DNA of 64,000 nucleotides from Candidatus Latescibacterota bacterium (lineage in GTDB: Bacteria > Latescibacterota > UBA2968 > UBA8231), in contig CBDCXV010000001.1 of assembly GCA_965223905.1 (NCBI GenBank), forward strand, positions 1,376,001 to 1,440,000, written 5' to 3'. The notes under the pieces are model-generated. The model was not told the origin of the DNA, did not search any database, and worked only from the letters and a program-made list of their open reading frames with translations. Shown in pieces: positions 47,110 to 57,040 of the stretch (position 1 is the stretch's first letter; every line of letters starts with the position of its first letter). A program made the translations under genes and the position numbers.

Positions 47110-49359
47110 TCACCCATTGTCTTTCTCCAGGAAGTCCCGCAGCGCCAGGTAGGGGAGGGCCGGCCTGTTGCTTCCCTTCGGACCGCCGTTCCCCGTCACC
47201 AGCAGTTCTCTGCGGGCACGCGTGATGCCGACATACAGCAGTCGCAGGCGTTCGCGCGCATAGTCGTGACGCGCTGCCAGCGTCGCGCCGCCTTCCTCGT
47301 AGTCGGTCCCGTCGATGGCCGCGTCGAGCCGGGCCAGCGTCTCGGCCTCCAGACTGAGGTTGTCGCGCACGAACCAGCGTTCCGCCCGGAAGCGGTCGGT
47401 CGGCTCGCCGGCGGGGAATTCGTAGTCGTTGACACCGAGCAGGTAGACCCGGTCCCACTCCAGGCCCTTGGCCGCGTGCATGGTCGCCACCACCACCTCG
47501 CCCCTGTGCGCCTCGGGGTCGAAGCCGGTCTTGTCGATTTCGATCGAGCGCAGGTTGCGGCGCTGATCCCGGGCGATGACGCCGAGTTCGTTCTCCATCT
47601 CATCCAGCGTCGTCGACCGGCGCTCGGCGCCGAGGTTGTACTGCGAGCGCGCCTGCAGGGCCTCGGCGAACAGCTGCGTCATCGCCAGCTTCTCCGGCTC
47701 TTCGAAAAGATCCTGGGCGATCGCCGTCAGCAGCTCGCCGATCGGCAGCAGCACAAGCGCCTGCCACTGCTGCAGCTGGTCGCGAAAGCGCTCGAAGCAG
47801 GAGATCGTGTCTGCCGGAATCTCGCCGGCGCCCAACCCCGCGTTGCCGGACTCCTCCCCACCGGCCAGCGGCCACACGAAATCCTCGCTGCGCACGCAGC
47901 GCCGCAGCAGCTCCAGATGCATCTCCAGCCGCTTCTGCCCCTCGTCCGATCCGGCCTCCTTCAGGACGCGCGTGAACCAGACCCTGTAAACCTGGACCAG
48001 CGTCCCCTGCACCTCCGGATGCGCCAGATGCCGCAGGATCAGACTGAGGGCGCCGGCCGCCTCCCGCGTTGTCGTCGTCAGGCGCAACAGGGCATCCGTG
48101 CACGGCACCCGCGCCGCCCGCAGCGCCTTGATCGCCTCGGCCCCGCGCGCGTTCGTCGGCACCAGCAGGGCGACGGTCGCATTCCCGTTTTCGGGCAGCC
48201 ATTTCCCGGCCGAGGCCACCACGCGATCGAGCTCGGCATCCGGCTCCTGGAGGAACTGGAACGCCACCCGGCACCTCGCCGGCGGCGGATTCGGCTGCGG
48301 ATCTCCCGGCGGGGCCGGTTCGATGAAGGGCCGATCCAGGGCGTCCCGCATCGCCTCGACCGGATGATCCTCTTGCACCCAGCGGATCAGCTCGTTCGCC
48401 AGGCGGATGATCGGCAGGCCCGAACGCCCCGAATTCGGCAGGTCGCGCCGGACATCGGCCTCGTCCAGAAACGCGCGCAGGTACTTCGGATGCGCCGTTG
48501 TGAAGGTCTCGTAGATCGCCTGGTTGGGATCGCCGACGCGCACCCAGTTGCCTTTCCCGCCCACCAGCTTGCGCAGGATCTGCTCCTGCAGGGTGCTGCT
48601 GTCCTGGGCTTCGTCCTCGAGGATGAACGGCCAGCGCCGGCGCAAGTCCTCGACCAGCGTCTCGTCCGCGTCAAGCGCCCGGATCGCCGCCGCGATCAGG
48701 TCGTCGAAGTCGAGGGCGCCCCGCACCGCCAGACCGCGCTCGTAGCGCTCGTACACGTCGACCGCCAGCTTGATCAGCAGGGAGCTTTCCTTCGTGAGCC
48801 GGCCGCGCACCGCCTGCGGCGGCTGCATGCGGCCCTTGAGATGCCTGATGGCGTTGGCCGTCACCTGCCGCAGCAGCTCCGGCAGGTCATCCGCCGCGAT
48901 CCTGCGCCGGCGGTAGTCGTTCATTTCTTCGATCAGGAACCGCGCCAGCCCCTCGCGATAGCGCGGGTACGAAGCCCGGAACGCCGTGCTCAGAATGGAA
49001 TCGGCGATGCGCTCGTCGACGACGGTGAAACCGGTATCCAACCCGACCAGCGACGGCGACTGCGAAACGATCTCGTGCGCCAGACTGTGCAGGGTGCGCA
49101 CCCGGTAGCCCAGACCGGGCAGCAGCCCCCGCTCCGACAGGAACCCGGCGATGCGCTGGCGGAAGTTGTCGACGGCCGAATTCACCAGCGTCACGATCAG
49201 GACTTCCTGCTTGCCCTGCAGCGCCCCGCCGGCGATCAGGGACACTGCCACCTGCGACAGCGTCCAGGTTTTGCCGCTGCCCGGCACCGCGGCGATCCCC
49301 ATGGTGCCGCCGGCATAGTCGAGAATGGCCTTCTGGGCGGGACGAAGGCGCGTGCTCAT
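47110..49359 (-). CDS. UvrD/AddA-like SF1 helicase without a fused nuclease
   Basis: AVPGSGKT, DEAQD, GDPNQAI, TMHAAKGLEWD, LYVGITRA. Confidence 0.9.
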   Translation of the reverse strand: MSTRLRPAQKAILDYAGGTMGIAAVPGSGKTWTLSQVAVSLIAGGALQGKQEVLIVTLVNSAVDNFRQRIAGFLSERGLLPGLGYRVRTLHSLAHEIVSQSPSLVGLDTGFTVVDERIADSILSTAFRASYPRYREGLARFLIEEMNDYRRRRIAADDLPELLRQVTANAIRHLKGRMQPPQAVRGRLTKESSLLIKLAVDVYERYERGLAVRGALDFDDLIAAAIRALDADETLVEDLRRRWPFILEDEAQDSSTLQEQILRKLVGGKGNWVRVGDPNQAIYETFTTAHPKYLRAFLDEADVRRDLPNSGRSGLPIIRLANELIRWVQEDHPVEAMRDALDRPFIEPAPPGDPQPNPPPARCRVAFQFLQEPDAELDRVVASAGKWLPENGNATVALLVPTNARGAEAIKALRAARVPCTDALLRLTTTTREAAGALSLILRHLAHPEVQGTLVQVYRVWFTRVLKEAGSDEGQKRLEMHLELLRRCVRSEDFVWPLAGGEESGNAGLGAGEIPADTISCFERFRDQLQQWQALVLLPIGELLTAIAQDLFEEPEKLAMTQLFAEALQARSQYNLGAERRSTTLDEMENELGVIARDQRRNLRSIEIDKTGFDPEAHRGEVVVATMHAAKGLEWDRVYLLGVNDYEFPAGEPTDRFRAERWFVRDNLSLEAETLARLDAAIDGTDYEEGGATLAARHDYARERLRLLYVGITRARRELLVTGNGGPKGSNRPALPYLALRDFLEKDNG

Positions 49360-51479
49360 GGCTCAACCGGCTCCAGCGCCAACCCCCGCATCGCGTGCCC
49401 CAGGGCCACCAGCAGATCCCCCGTCTGTTCCTGTCCGTGGGCGCTGAGCTCACTCGCGAACAGGTACAGCGAATCCGTGCAGCGCCGGGTCAACCCGGCG
49501 ACGATGCAGGTCAGCCGCTCCGTCTCGAACTTCGTCTCCCAGGCCGACGACCATTCCTCCTGCGGATTCCAGTCCCGGCTCAGCACGTAGGGATTCGTCA
49601 GCGGCTGATGTATGCGCCGGTGCCATGACGGACTGCCGACGTCGAGCCACAGCTGATGCGCGCAGGTCTGATTGCGCAGCAGGAAGGTGTGCGCCGGCGC
49701 GATCAGGACCGATGCCGACGGATCGGACCACTCCATTTCGTAGAAGGCGGATACGACGCCTTCCTCCACCATCTCCACGTAGGCCTTGCCGAGGGCATCG
49801 CCCTCTCCCTCGACTGCCTCAGCGACGGCGCGCCGGAACTTCTGCGCCGATTCGACCAGGCTGGCCACGTTCATCCCGGCAGACACGTCCTTGTGGAATC
49901 CGAAGCCCGGTTGGCTCAGCAGCTCGCCGAACAGGCGGCTGAAGAACAGGTCGACCGGCAGGCCATCCTCGTCCTGGTACGCCCGCAGCCATCCCCGCAG
50001 TCTTTCGTACCCCTCGCCCACGCGGTAGGTGATCCGATCCCGCACCCCGGAGGCGACGCTCTCGAACGGCTTGAGCCCGACCCCCTCATGACCCGCCTCA
50101 TGGACGACGGACGCCAGCAGCGCCGCCCGCACCAGGTCCGCCCCATCCAGCAACCGGCCGAACATGTGCGTGACCGCCTCCCGCGACGGCCGCTCCAGCC
50201 GCCAGGACGGGTGGGCGAGCGCGGCCGCAGTCAGCAGCACCTTGGTGACCGGCTCGTCCCGCAAGCTCCGCGATGGACGGTGCATGTAGTAGCCGATCTG
50301 CGCCGCTTCGAGCCGCGTCGACAGCGCGTGGAACAGGCTGTCGCTCAGGAATGGACTGATGACGGCGATCTCCTCCGGGGCGGCGCCGTTCTCGATCAGA
50401 GATTCGATCCGGCCGGCGACTCGCTGCACCATCTCGTGATGCAGGCGATCGGAGAAGATGTGCAGGCGCCGGCGTCCATCGACCCCACCGGGCTCGTCCT
50501 CCGCCGGCCGGTTGGCGATCGCCGCCCGGAGTCTGCGCCCGAACGCCTGCACCGGCGCCGGCACCCGGGGACTCTCTTCAATCAGACGACTCCCCTCGCA
50601 AACCTGTTTGAGTGCGTGGGCACTCTTCGGGTCGGCCGCCAGGAACTTGCGGAAGCCGGCGTCCGAGTCGTAGACGATCAGCACCGACTCCAGGCGCGAG
50701 TCGGCATGGCCGAGCCAGAAGCGCACGAGATCGTGCGCCAACGGGATGTCCTCCTCGCAGTTGTCGTAGACCAGGTGACGGTGCTGTGCAAACAGATGGT
50801 CCCGCGCCGGTTGCGATTGCCGGATCAGGTCCCGGAACAGCTCCAGGCAGAGCGAGAAGTCGAGCAGGTTGCCCTGCGCGCAGAACTCGCGGTAGGCCAG
50901 AACCGAGTTGGAGATCTCCTCGACGTGGCCCGCGGAGAGCTCCCCGCCGATCCGGGCTGCCCGCAGATAGTCAGCCAGCGATTCCATCGGGATGTCGTTG
51001 GCCGCCGCCTTGTTGAGGTTGTCGAGCAGCTGACTGTAGAGCCGGTTCCGCGTCAACTTCAGGTCGGCGAAATACCCCTGCTCGATCAGCGGCGACACCA
51101 GCCGCGCCATGAAATACTGCGCCACCTCGTAGGTCAGAAACGACGGCTCCTGCCCCCGGGCGAACGGGTATTTCGGATGCTCCAGGACCTCCGGCCAGAA
51201 CAGCGAGACGTAGCGCCGCGCCAGGCCGCCGATCGTTCCCTTGCCCAACTCGTACCACGAACGCCGGTCGAAGGCTTTTTCGTAGGCGAGGGTGTAACTG
51301 CGGTGGGGGGTCAGCAGCAGGATGCTGGCTGGGGAAACACCGTTGGAGATGAGTGATTGAATGCGCTCAATGGCCAGCGTCGTCTTGCCGGCGCCGGCAG
51401 GACCTTCGAGGAAGAGGGTCCGGTCTCCTTCCGGTGTCACGGATTCAACCGCATCCTGCCCATGTCCCTGCAGTCGCAC
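49356..51479 (-). CDS. Degenerate UvrD-like (AddB/AdnA-like) helicase-fold protein
   Basis: Walker A GPAGAGKTT, altered Walker B YDNCEED, IAVISP, GLTRRC; ATGA-coupled to the helicase; start uncertain. Confidence 0.7.
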   Translation of the reverse strand: MRLQGHGQDAVESVTPEGDRTLFLEGPAGAGKTTLAIERIQSLISNGVSPASILLLTPHRSYTLAYEKAFDRRSWYELGKGTIGGLARRYVSLFWPEVLEHPKYPFARGQEPSFLTYEVAQYFMARLVSPLIEQGYFADLKLTRNRLYSQLLDNLNKAAANDIPMESLADYLRAARIGGELSAGHVEEISNSVLAYREFCAQGNLLDFSLCLELFRDLIRQSQPARDHLFAQHRHLVYDNCEEDIPLAHDLVRFWLGHADSRLESVLIVYDSDAGFRKFLAADPKSAHALKQVCEGSRLIEESPRVPAPVQAFGRRLRAAIANRPAEDEPGGVDGRRRLHIFSDRLHHEMVQRVAGRIESLIENGAAPEEIAVISPFLSDSLFHALSTRLEAAQIGYYMHRPSRSLRDEPVTKVLLTAAALAHPSWRLERPSREAVTHMFGRLLDGADLVRAALLASVVHEAGHEGVGLKPFESVASGVRDRITYRVGEGYERLRGWLRAYQDEDGLPVDLFFSRLFGELLSQPGFGFHKDVSAGMNVASLVESAQKFRRAVAEAVEGEGDALGKAYVEMVEEGVVSAFYEMEWSDPSASVLIAPAHTFLLRNQTCAHQLWLDVGSPSWHRRIHQPLTNPYVLSRDWNPQEEWSSAWETKFETERLTCIVAGLTRRCTDSLYLFASELSAHGQEQTGDLLVALGHAMRGLALEPVEP

Positions 51480-51531
51480 ACTTCCGTTCCCGGGACCCCG
51501 GTCCTTTGCCGGGCGGAGTCCCCCGCCCGAG

Positions 51532-51966
51532 TCACGGCAGGCGCGGACCGAAGATCTTCCCGTCCACGGAGAACCGCCCCGGTCCGGCCGCGAGCAGCAG
51601 GATGGAGACGCAGAAGTAGACCGCGGCCAGCTCGTAGGAGGAGCCGTCTGCGGAGACGAAGGGGTCCCCGCGCATGAAGACGTGCATGCAGACGGCGACC
51701 CCCATGGTGCAGGCGATCCCCAGCGAGGCGAGGGGCATGAGCATGCCGAGTATCCAGGCGATGCCGCCGCCGAACTCGGAGAGGGCGGCCAGGGCCTGAA
51801 GCAGGCCGGGGGCGAAGGCGTCGGGACCCATCCAGCCGAACGGGCTCTGGATCTTCGGCCAGCCGTGAATGACGAAGGCGAGGCCGGCGACCAGCCTCAG
51901 CAGCAGGAGAGCGAAATCGGCGAATGGGGAGTGTTCGGGGACGGTGAGCGATCTCAAGAAATTCAT
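51532..51966 (-). CDS. DoxX family membrane protein
   Basis: LLLRLVAG, HGWPK, EFGGG, YEL, GPGRFSVD. Confidence 0.92.
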   Translation of the reverse strand: MNFLRSLTVPEHSPFADFALLLLRLVAGLAFVIHGWPKIQSPFGWMGPDAFAPGLLQALAALSEFGGGIAWILGMLMPLASLGIACTMGVAVCMHVFMRGDPFVSADGSSYELAAVYFCVSILLLAAGPGRFSVDGKIFGPRLP

Positions 51967-52164
51967 CGGCTCTTCCTTTCCGAGGGTTTTGGATGTGGTG
52001 TTTCAGTACAACCCGGGCCGTGGCCAGCCCGTTCGCGAAAACCAATGAAGCCACGCCGGGAAATGAAATCCAGCGCTTCCGTGTGAATCAGGTGCGGGAA
52101 TCCCCCGCCGGCCCCGTCGGGGGTAACGGAGGCAAGGCTGCGTTTTCCGGTTCGCGGAAACCCT

Positions 52165-53220
52165 TCAGACCGGCCGCCAGCGGATCAGACAGAAGTCCGA
52201 GTTGCCCGTAGCCGTGTCCCAACCGGCATCGACGTCGCCGTAGCAGGAGCCGACGAAGGTCAGGATCTCCTCCGAGTCCAGCGTGAGATGCCGCGGATAG
52301 CCCGCGGCGTTCCCGTGGCAAAGGTAGTAGACCTCGTCTTCCCAGCTCCGGCCGCGGTCGCGGCTTACCATGGCGCGGCAGCTGCCCATGTCGCGCGGAT
52401 AGCGGTGATCGTGCGCCACGACCACGCGGCCGTTCGGCAGACCCGCGGCCATGCCGTGGCATTGCCCGGAGACGTTGGTCAGTTGGCGGCGGTTGCTCCA
52501 GGTCTTTCCGCCGTCGCCGGAATCGGCGAGAAACAGGGTCTTGCTGGTCTCCGGTCTGTCCGGCGGCCCCGGCTGATGGCGAATGGCGGCGATCAGCCGC
52601 CCGGGTGAGAGCTCGGTGAGGTTGACCTCGCAGCCGTAGTCGCTCAGGAAAAAGCGCTCGCCAAAACTCCTGCCGCCGTCGGTGGACCGGAACACCCAGG
52701 CCGGGTTCTTCCCCTCGTCGAAGGGCTCGTCGTTCTGTTTGACGGGCAGCAGCAGCGTCCCGTCGGCGAGGCGGGTGATGTTGTCGCAGATGATGACCTG
52801 GCCGAAAGGGGCGACGTCGATGCGGCCGAACCGGCTCCAGGATTCCCCCTCGTCATCGGATGCCCAGACCTTCCTCGACTCCTGGCGCACCGCGAGCAAT
52901 GTCCCGTCCTGGTTGAACTGCACGCACCAGCCTGCGAAGCCGTGCCGTTCCGGGTCCCGCTGCAGGTGCTCCCAGGTTTCGCCGCGGTCCGTCGACCTGG
53001 AGACGACGGTGCGCTGGAAGGCGTAGATGGCGCCGCCGGGCGCCTCGATCAGGGACAGCCCCTGGTAGTGCGCACCGGGGTCCCTGGGCATGCGCATCTT
53101 GCGCACCGGGACTTCCCGCAGCTCGCCGCGGCGCACGTGCAGGATGCAGTCGCCGGCCTGCATGCGAGCCAGCTCGTCGGGGGTCACGGCGCGGCCGCCC
53201 AGGGTCGCGGTCGATTTCAT
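52165..53220 (-). CDS. BNR/Asp-box sialidase-like protein
   Basis: Five Asp boxes: STDRGETW, SDDEGESW, STDGGRSF, SGDGGKTW, SRDRGRSW. Confidence 0.85.
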   Translation of the reverse strand: MKSTATLGGRAVTPDELARMQAGDCILHVRRGELREVPVRKMRMPRDPGAHYQGLSLIEAPGGAIYAFQRTVVSRSTDRGETWEHLQRDPERHGFAGWCVQFNQDGTLLAVRQESRKVWASDDEGESWSRFGRIDVAPFGQVIICDNITRLADGTLLLPVKQNDEPFDEGKNPAWVFRSTDGGRSFGERFFLSDYGCEVNLTELSPGRLIAAIRHQPGPPDRPETSKTLFLADSGDGGKTWSNRRQLTNVSGQCHGMAAGLPNGRVVVAHDHRYPRDMGSCRAMVSRDRGRSWEDEVYYLCHGNAAGYPRHLTLDSEEILTFVGSCYGDVDAGWDTATGNSDFCLIRWRPV

Positions 53221-53304
53221 GTCAGCGCAGCAGCCCTGCGACCCGGGTGCCTCGGCGTCCGAATTTTTGCAATCTATTTCCGGCACAGGACCCAAGAAGA
53301 AGAA

Positions 53305-54429
53305 ACGAGGATCACCGCCGTCAAGGAGCACCGCTTCAAGACCATGTCGCGCCGCTACAGGGGAAGTACGGGTACTCCATCTACCCGCTGGAGCTGCTGC
53401 GGACCGAGCCCGAGGAGACGACGACGCTTCTCGAGCTGGAGACAGACACCGGGGTCAGCGGCTACTGGTTCCCCCGCGGGGGCGGCCGCCTCACCCCCTG
53501 GATCGAGGCCCTCGCCATCGGCCGCGACCCGATGGACCGCGAGCAGTTCTGGCAGCTGAGCGGCGGCGACATGCCCCTCGACATGCTGCTTTGGGATTTC
53601 GCCGGCCGCTTCCTCGAGCAGCCGGTGCACAAGCTGCTCGGCGGCTTCCGCGACAAGCTGAAGTGCTACGCCAGCTCCTACCCCAACATGGGACCCCCGG
53701 AGGTTTTCGCCGACCACGCCGAGGAGTGCGTGAAGAAGGGATACACCGCCTACAAGATTCACGCCTACATGTGGTACGACCCGGTGAGGATGGAGCCGGC
53801 GCCGCGCAGCCCGGCCTTTCCCAAGCACGACGTCGAGGTCTGCGAGGCGGTCCGCGAGCGCGTCGGCGGCGACATCGTCCTGATGCTCGACCAGGCCGGC
53901 ATCTACAACTACGAGCAGGGTGCTCTACGTCGGCAGGGAGATCGCCAAACTCGATTTCTTCTGGTTCGAGAGCCCGATGCCGGAGAACAACATCGAGCCC
54001 TACATCCGCCTGACGGAGAACCTCGATGTGCCGGTCTGCGCCCCTGAGCAGCTCGGCAACCTGCCGTACAGCCGCACCGAGTGGATCGTGAGGAAGGCGT
54101 CCGACATGGGGCGCACCGAGGTCAACTTCAACGGCATTACCGGCTGCAGGAAATCGGTGGCGCTGTACGAATTGTTCGGCATGCGGGCGACGATCCACGG
54201 CGGCGGCTGGGGCAACCTGCATATCTACGCGTCGACGAACGCCGACACCATCGAGTACTTCGAGCGCGGGCTGTTCGCCCCGGGCCACGACGAGGCCTAC
54301 GAGGTGCCGCCGCCGTACATGAAGGAGATCTGCGATTCCTTCGACGGCGAGGGGAACGTCATCGTGTCGCAGAAACCGGGGCGCGGCTTCGAGATCGACC
54401 GGGACTACATCGAGGACAACCGCGTCTGA
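53305..54429 (+). pseudogene. Mandelate racemase/muconate lactonizing (enolase superfamily) gene with two frameshifts
   Basis: RITAVK N-terminus (ACG where the start is expected), PVHKLLGG, GYTAYKIH, LMLD, WFESP, APE, PGRGFEID spread over three frame segments; shifts at about 53360 and 53918 lie in G runs. Confidence 0.75.
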
Positions 54430-54486
54430 CCGCGGCCGGCACCCGCGGGCGTCCGCGGGCGCAATTTTTTTCCGGAGAACCTCGCC

Positions 54487-54786
54487 ATGGGAAGATTCCC
54501 CCTGCTGATCGCCGCGCTGGCGGCAACCCTGACTGCGCAACGGAGCGACGCCGGCTGCGACTGCAGGATCGCCTTCGCCACCGACCGCGACGACGGCAAT
54601 ATCGAGATCTACGTGATGGATGGCGACGGCTCGAACCCCGTCAACCTGACCCAGACCACATCGGACGCGATCTACCCGGCGTGGATTCCCGCGGAGGCGG
54701 CCAGCGCGATCCGGGCCGCGGCCTGGGGCGCGATCAAGGCGCGGATCGACCGCAGCGGGACATCCGGCGCACCGGCCTCGAGATGA
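54487..54786 (+). CDS. Small exported protein with one TolB/PD40-like repeat and a WGxIK tail
   Basis: Signal peptide, RIAFATDRDDGNIEIYVMDGDGSNPVNLT...PAW, AWGAIKA. Confidence 0.6.
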   Translation: MGRFPLLIAALAATLTAQRSDAGCDCRIAFATDRDDGNIEIYVMDGDGSNPVNLTQTTSDAIYPAWIPAEAASAIRAAAWGAIKARIDRSGTSGAPASR

Positions 54787-54798
54787 TTGCCTGTCGGG
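54722..54798 (+). repeat. Direct repeat copy 1 flanking the vapBC module
   Basis: 45 of the first 46 bp are identical to 55611-55656, then similarity decays. Confidence 0.9.
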
Positions 54799-54940
54799 AC
54801 GGCTCCCAGGTCTCAGGGAGTTGAAAGGCTGGCTGGGGTTATCCGGGAGAGTGCTGCAATTGAGAAGTGAAGCCGACCGCGGAAAGGGCAACCAATTGCC
54901 CGTACTTGTATCGCAAGCACATGTTGGTGGGGTGGGAACC

Positions 54941-55336
54941 TCACCCGCTATGCAACTCCGGGAAGTAGGTCGAGTAGAAGCCGCGGTCCCGGGTGAGAAA
55001 AGTTTCGGCTTTTACAACCGCGTGGGCACCGATCAGAAAGTCCGAAATAATCCGATCCCTGGGCCCGCCGGCCTGCCGGTAGCGCGACCAGCGCTGCCCG
55101 GCTTCGTAAGCAATATCGGTATCGATGGGTGAGATCGTCGCGCTGATCTCCCGCAACGCTCCGTCGAGAATGGCCCGGTCATCAAACGCGGGAACGAGTT
55201 CCGCATAGACCACGTCACAGATGAAAATGGCCCCTCTGTCATAGGCGTTCCGCAGTAATCCCTTCGACCGGGGGCCGTGACGCTCGTCGGGGAGAAACAC
55301 GTCCAACAGGACACTCGTGTCGACGGCGGTGATCAT
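54941..55336 (-). CDS. vapC: VapC PIN-domain toxin
   Basis: AVDTSVLLD, VYAEL, DFLIGAHA, LTRD. Confidence 0.9.
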   Translation of the reverse strand: MITAVDTSVLLDVFLPDERHGPRSKGLLRNAYDRGAIFICDVVYAELVPAFDDRAILDGALREISATISPIDTDIAYEAGQRWSRYRQAGGPRDRIISDFLIGAHAVVKAETFLTRDRGFYSTYFPELHSG

Positions 55337-55548
55337 CTCCCACGGATTTCTTCGAGGTAGTCGTCGGTGCTTACGCCGCTGCCCAGGATGGCGTACACGC
55401 GCTCCACTGGGTGCCTCGCTGCGGTCCGTTTTTGAATGAGCAGGCCGTGCTCTGTTGGCGTGATCTCAATTTCGACGTCGGGATTCATTCCGAAGCGATC
55501 TCTCAGTCGCTTGGGGATGGTGATTTGTCCTCGTTCAGATATTCGCAT
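55333..55548 (-). CDS. AbrB/MazE/SpoVT-type antitoxin
   Basis: ISERGQITIPKRLRDRFG; ATGA overlap with vapC. Confidence 0.92.
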   Translation of the reverse strand: MRISERGQITIPKRLRDRFGMNPDVEIEITPTEHGLLIQKRTAARHPVERVYAILGSGVSTDDYLEEIRGR

Positions 55549-55558
55549 GTGGCCTCAA

Positions 55559-55577
55559 TATGAATTCCATATTCATA
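55559..55577. promoter_or_regulatory. Inverted repeat TATGAAT-N5-ATTCATA, likely vapBC operator
   Basis: Perfect 7-5-7 palindrome 10 bp upstream of the antitoxin start. Confidence 0.65.
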
Positions 55578-55610
55578 AAATCATACCAATCTAACAGGGG
55601 ACACGCAAGT

Positions 55611-55688
55611 CCTGGGGCGCGATCAAGGCGCGGATCGACCGCTGCGGGACATCCGGAGTGCCTGCCCCGAGATGACCGCCTGCCAGGG
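55611..55688 (+). repeat. Direct repeat copy 2 flanking the vapBC module
   Basis: Near-identical to 54722-54798; encodes an orphan SWGAIKARID. Confidence 0.9.
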
Positions 55689-55887
55689 CTGTAGAGCCAG
55701 TCGCCTGGGGCCGGATAAAGGCTTCCCTGGAGTTGGAATGACCTGCGTCCAGCCGGGAAAGCGCATGAAAGCAATACCCGAATACGAGGAAGTTGGCCTT
55801 TGGAAATGGTGCTGTGGGCACTGTGTCCACTGCCCTATATTGCCCCGGAGTCATGAAACCGCACCGTAGGAATCGGGGAGGCAACTC

Positions 55888-56827
55888 ATGAAGAATGGAT
55901 GTTTCGCCGCTCTGGCCCTGCTCATGGGGCAGGTCATCCTGGCCGGCGCCCACAGCGGCGACCGCGTGTTCCCCATTCCCGAGCTTACCGACGAGATGCT
56001 GGAGGAAATCCGGCTCGACGACGGATCAATAGACGAGTGGTATGACCTGGTCGGCGAGCCGACCATGACCCTGCTGGATTTCCACGACCCCGGCTTCAAC
56101 CGTCTCCCGGACCCGGCCGAACTGGATTTCCGCATCTGGCTGGCATGGCACGACGATCCGGATCGGCTGTATGTCGCCTTCGTGTCCAGCGACGACGAGT
56201 ATTTAAACTCCCATGACTTCGATGCCGGTTCCCGACTCCTGGAGCATGACAGCATCGCTCTCGTAGTCGACGGAGATCACCGGGGCGGACACGGAGGTGT
56301 CGACATTACCACATCGGCGGAGGACTGGGGGGGTTTTCACGGGGAAGCCCAACTATACGAAGCGGTTGCCCGTACCGTGACCGGCGTCCCGACCCTGAAT
56401 GCCCCGGATGTTCTGCGCCAGACCGGGGTTTTTTCCTGGACGGTCTTTCCTCCCTACGGGGATGGAGGAGGAGGGGTCGCCGGGGAAAACCCGATCATCA
56501 GCGTGATCGAGCTGTACGTTACGCCTTACGACCACTGGGAGGGATGGGACAGCGGGCCGCAGGAGACCGCGTTGAGCGATTTTGCGGCAGGACAGGCAAT
56601 TGGTTTTGCGATCATGGTGTATGATTGGGACGAGAAACCCGGCTCGTGGGAATACTTATTATACATCGATACAGACTGAAGATTCCTACGTAGACATAAC
56701 GGACCTTCGAGCGGATGTCTTTCTCGATGGGGTGCTGTTGCCGGCCGAGGCCACCGATTCTGAAGAACGAACCGCGGTCGAGTCCGTTTCCTGGGGGCGA
56801 ATCAAGGCCTCCCTGGAGATGAAATAG
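55888..56827 (+). CDS. Exported acidic protein (CBM9/DOMON-like) with a SWGRIK tail, frameshifted at about 56660
   Basis: Signal peptide, LDDGSIDEW, WLAWHD...RLYVAF, DSIALVVDGD; C-terminus TAVESVSWGRIKASL lies in a second frame. Confidence 0.6.
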
Positions 56828-57040
56828 CCGCCGCTCCACCACCTCGAGTCGGCCTCTGCCCCGGCAGTATACCTCGAGCGACCGGATCCCGCCGCCTGCC
56901 CTATGCCGAAGATGCCCGCACCTGTCTGCCCGCGGTTCAAATCCCGTAATTTCGTCCGCGGCCGGCTGTGCAGGGACCCGGGCCGCTCGATGCGGCCGCG
57001 AGGCGGCCGTCCAGAAACCGCGACCAAAGGAGCATTCGAT

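Noticed and set aside
46045-49590. 1181-aa plus-strand ORF and other long antisense ORFs (e.g. 8737-10560, 1264-3252)
   Set aside because: Shadow frames of high-GC genes; the recognisable motifs are in the overlapping annotated frames.
54920-55596. Integron cassette with an attC site (ATCTAAC near 55589)
   Set aside because: No matching GTTRRRY-ended hairpin and no integron integrase; a 7-mer match is expected by chance.
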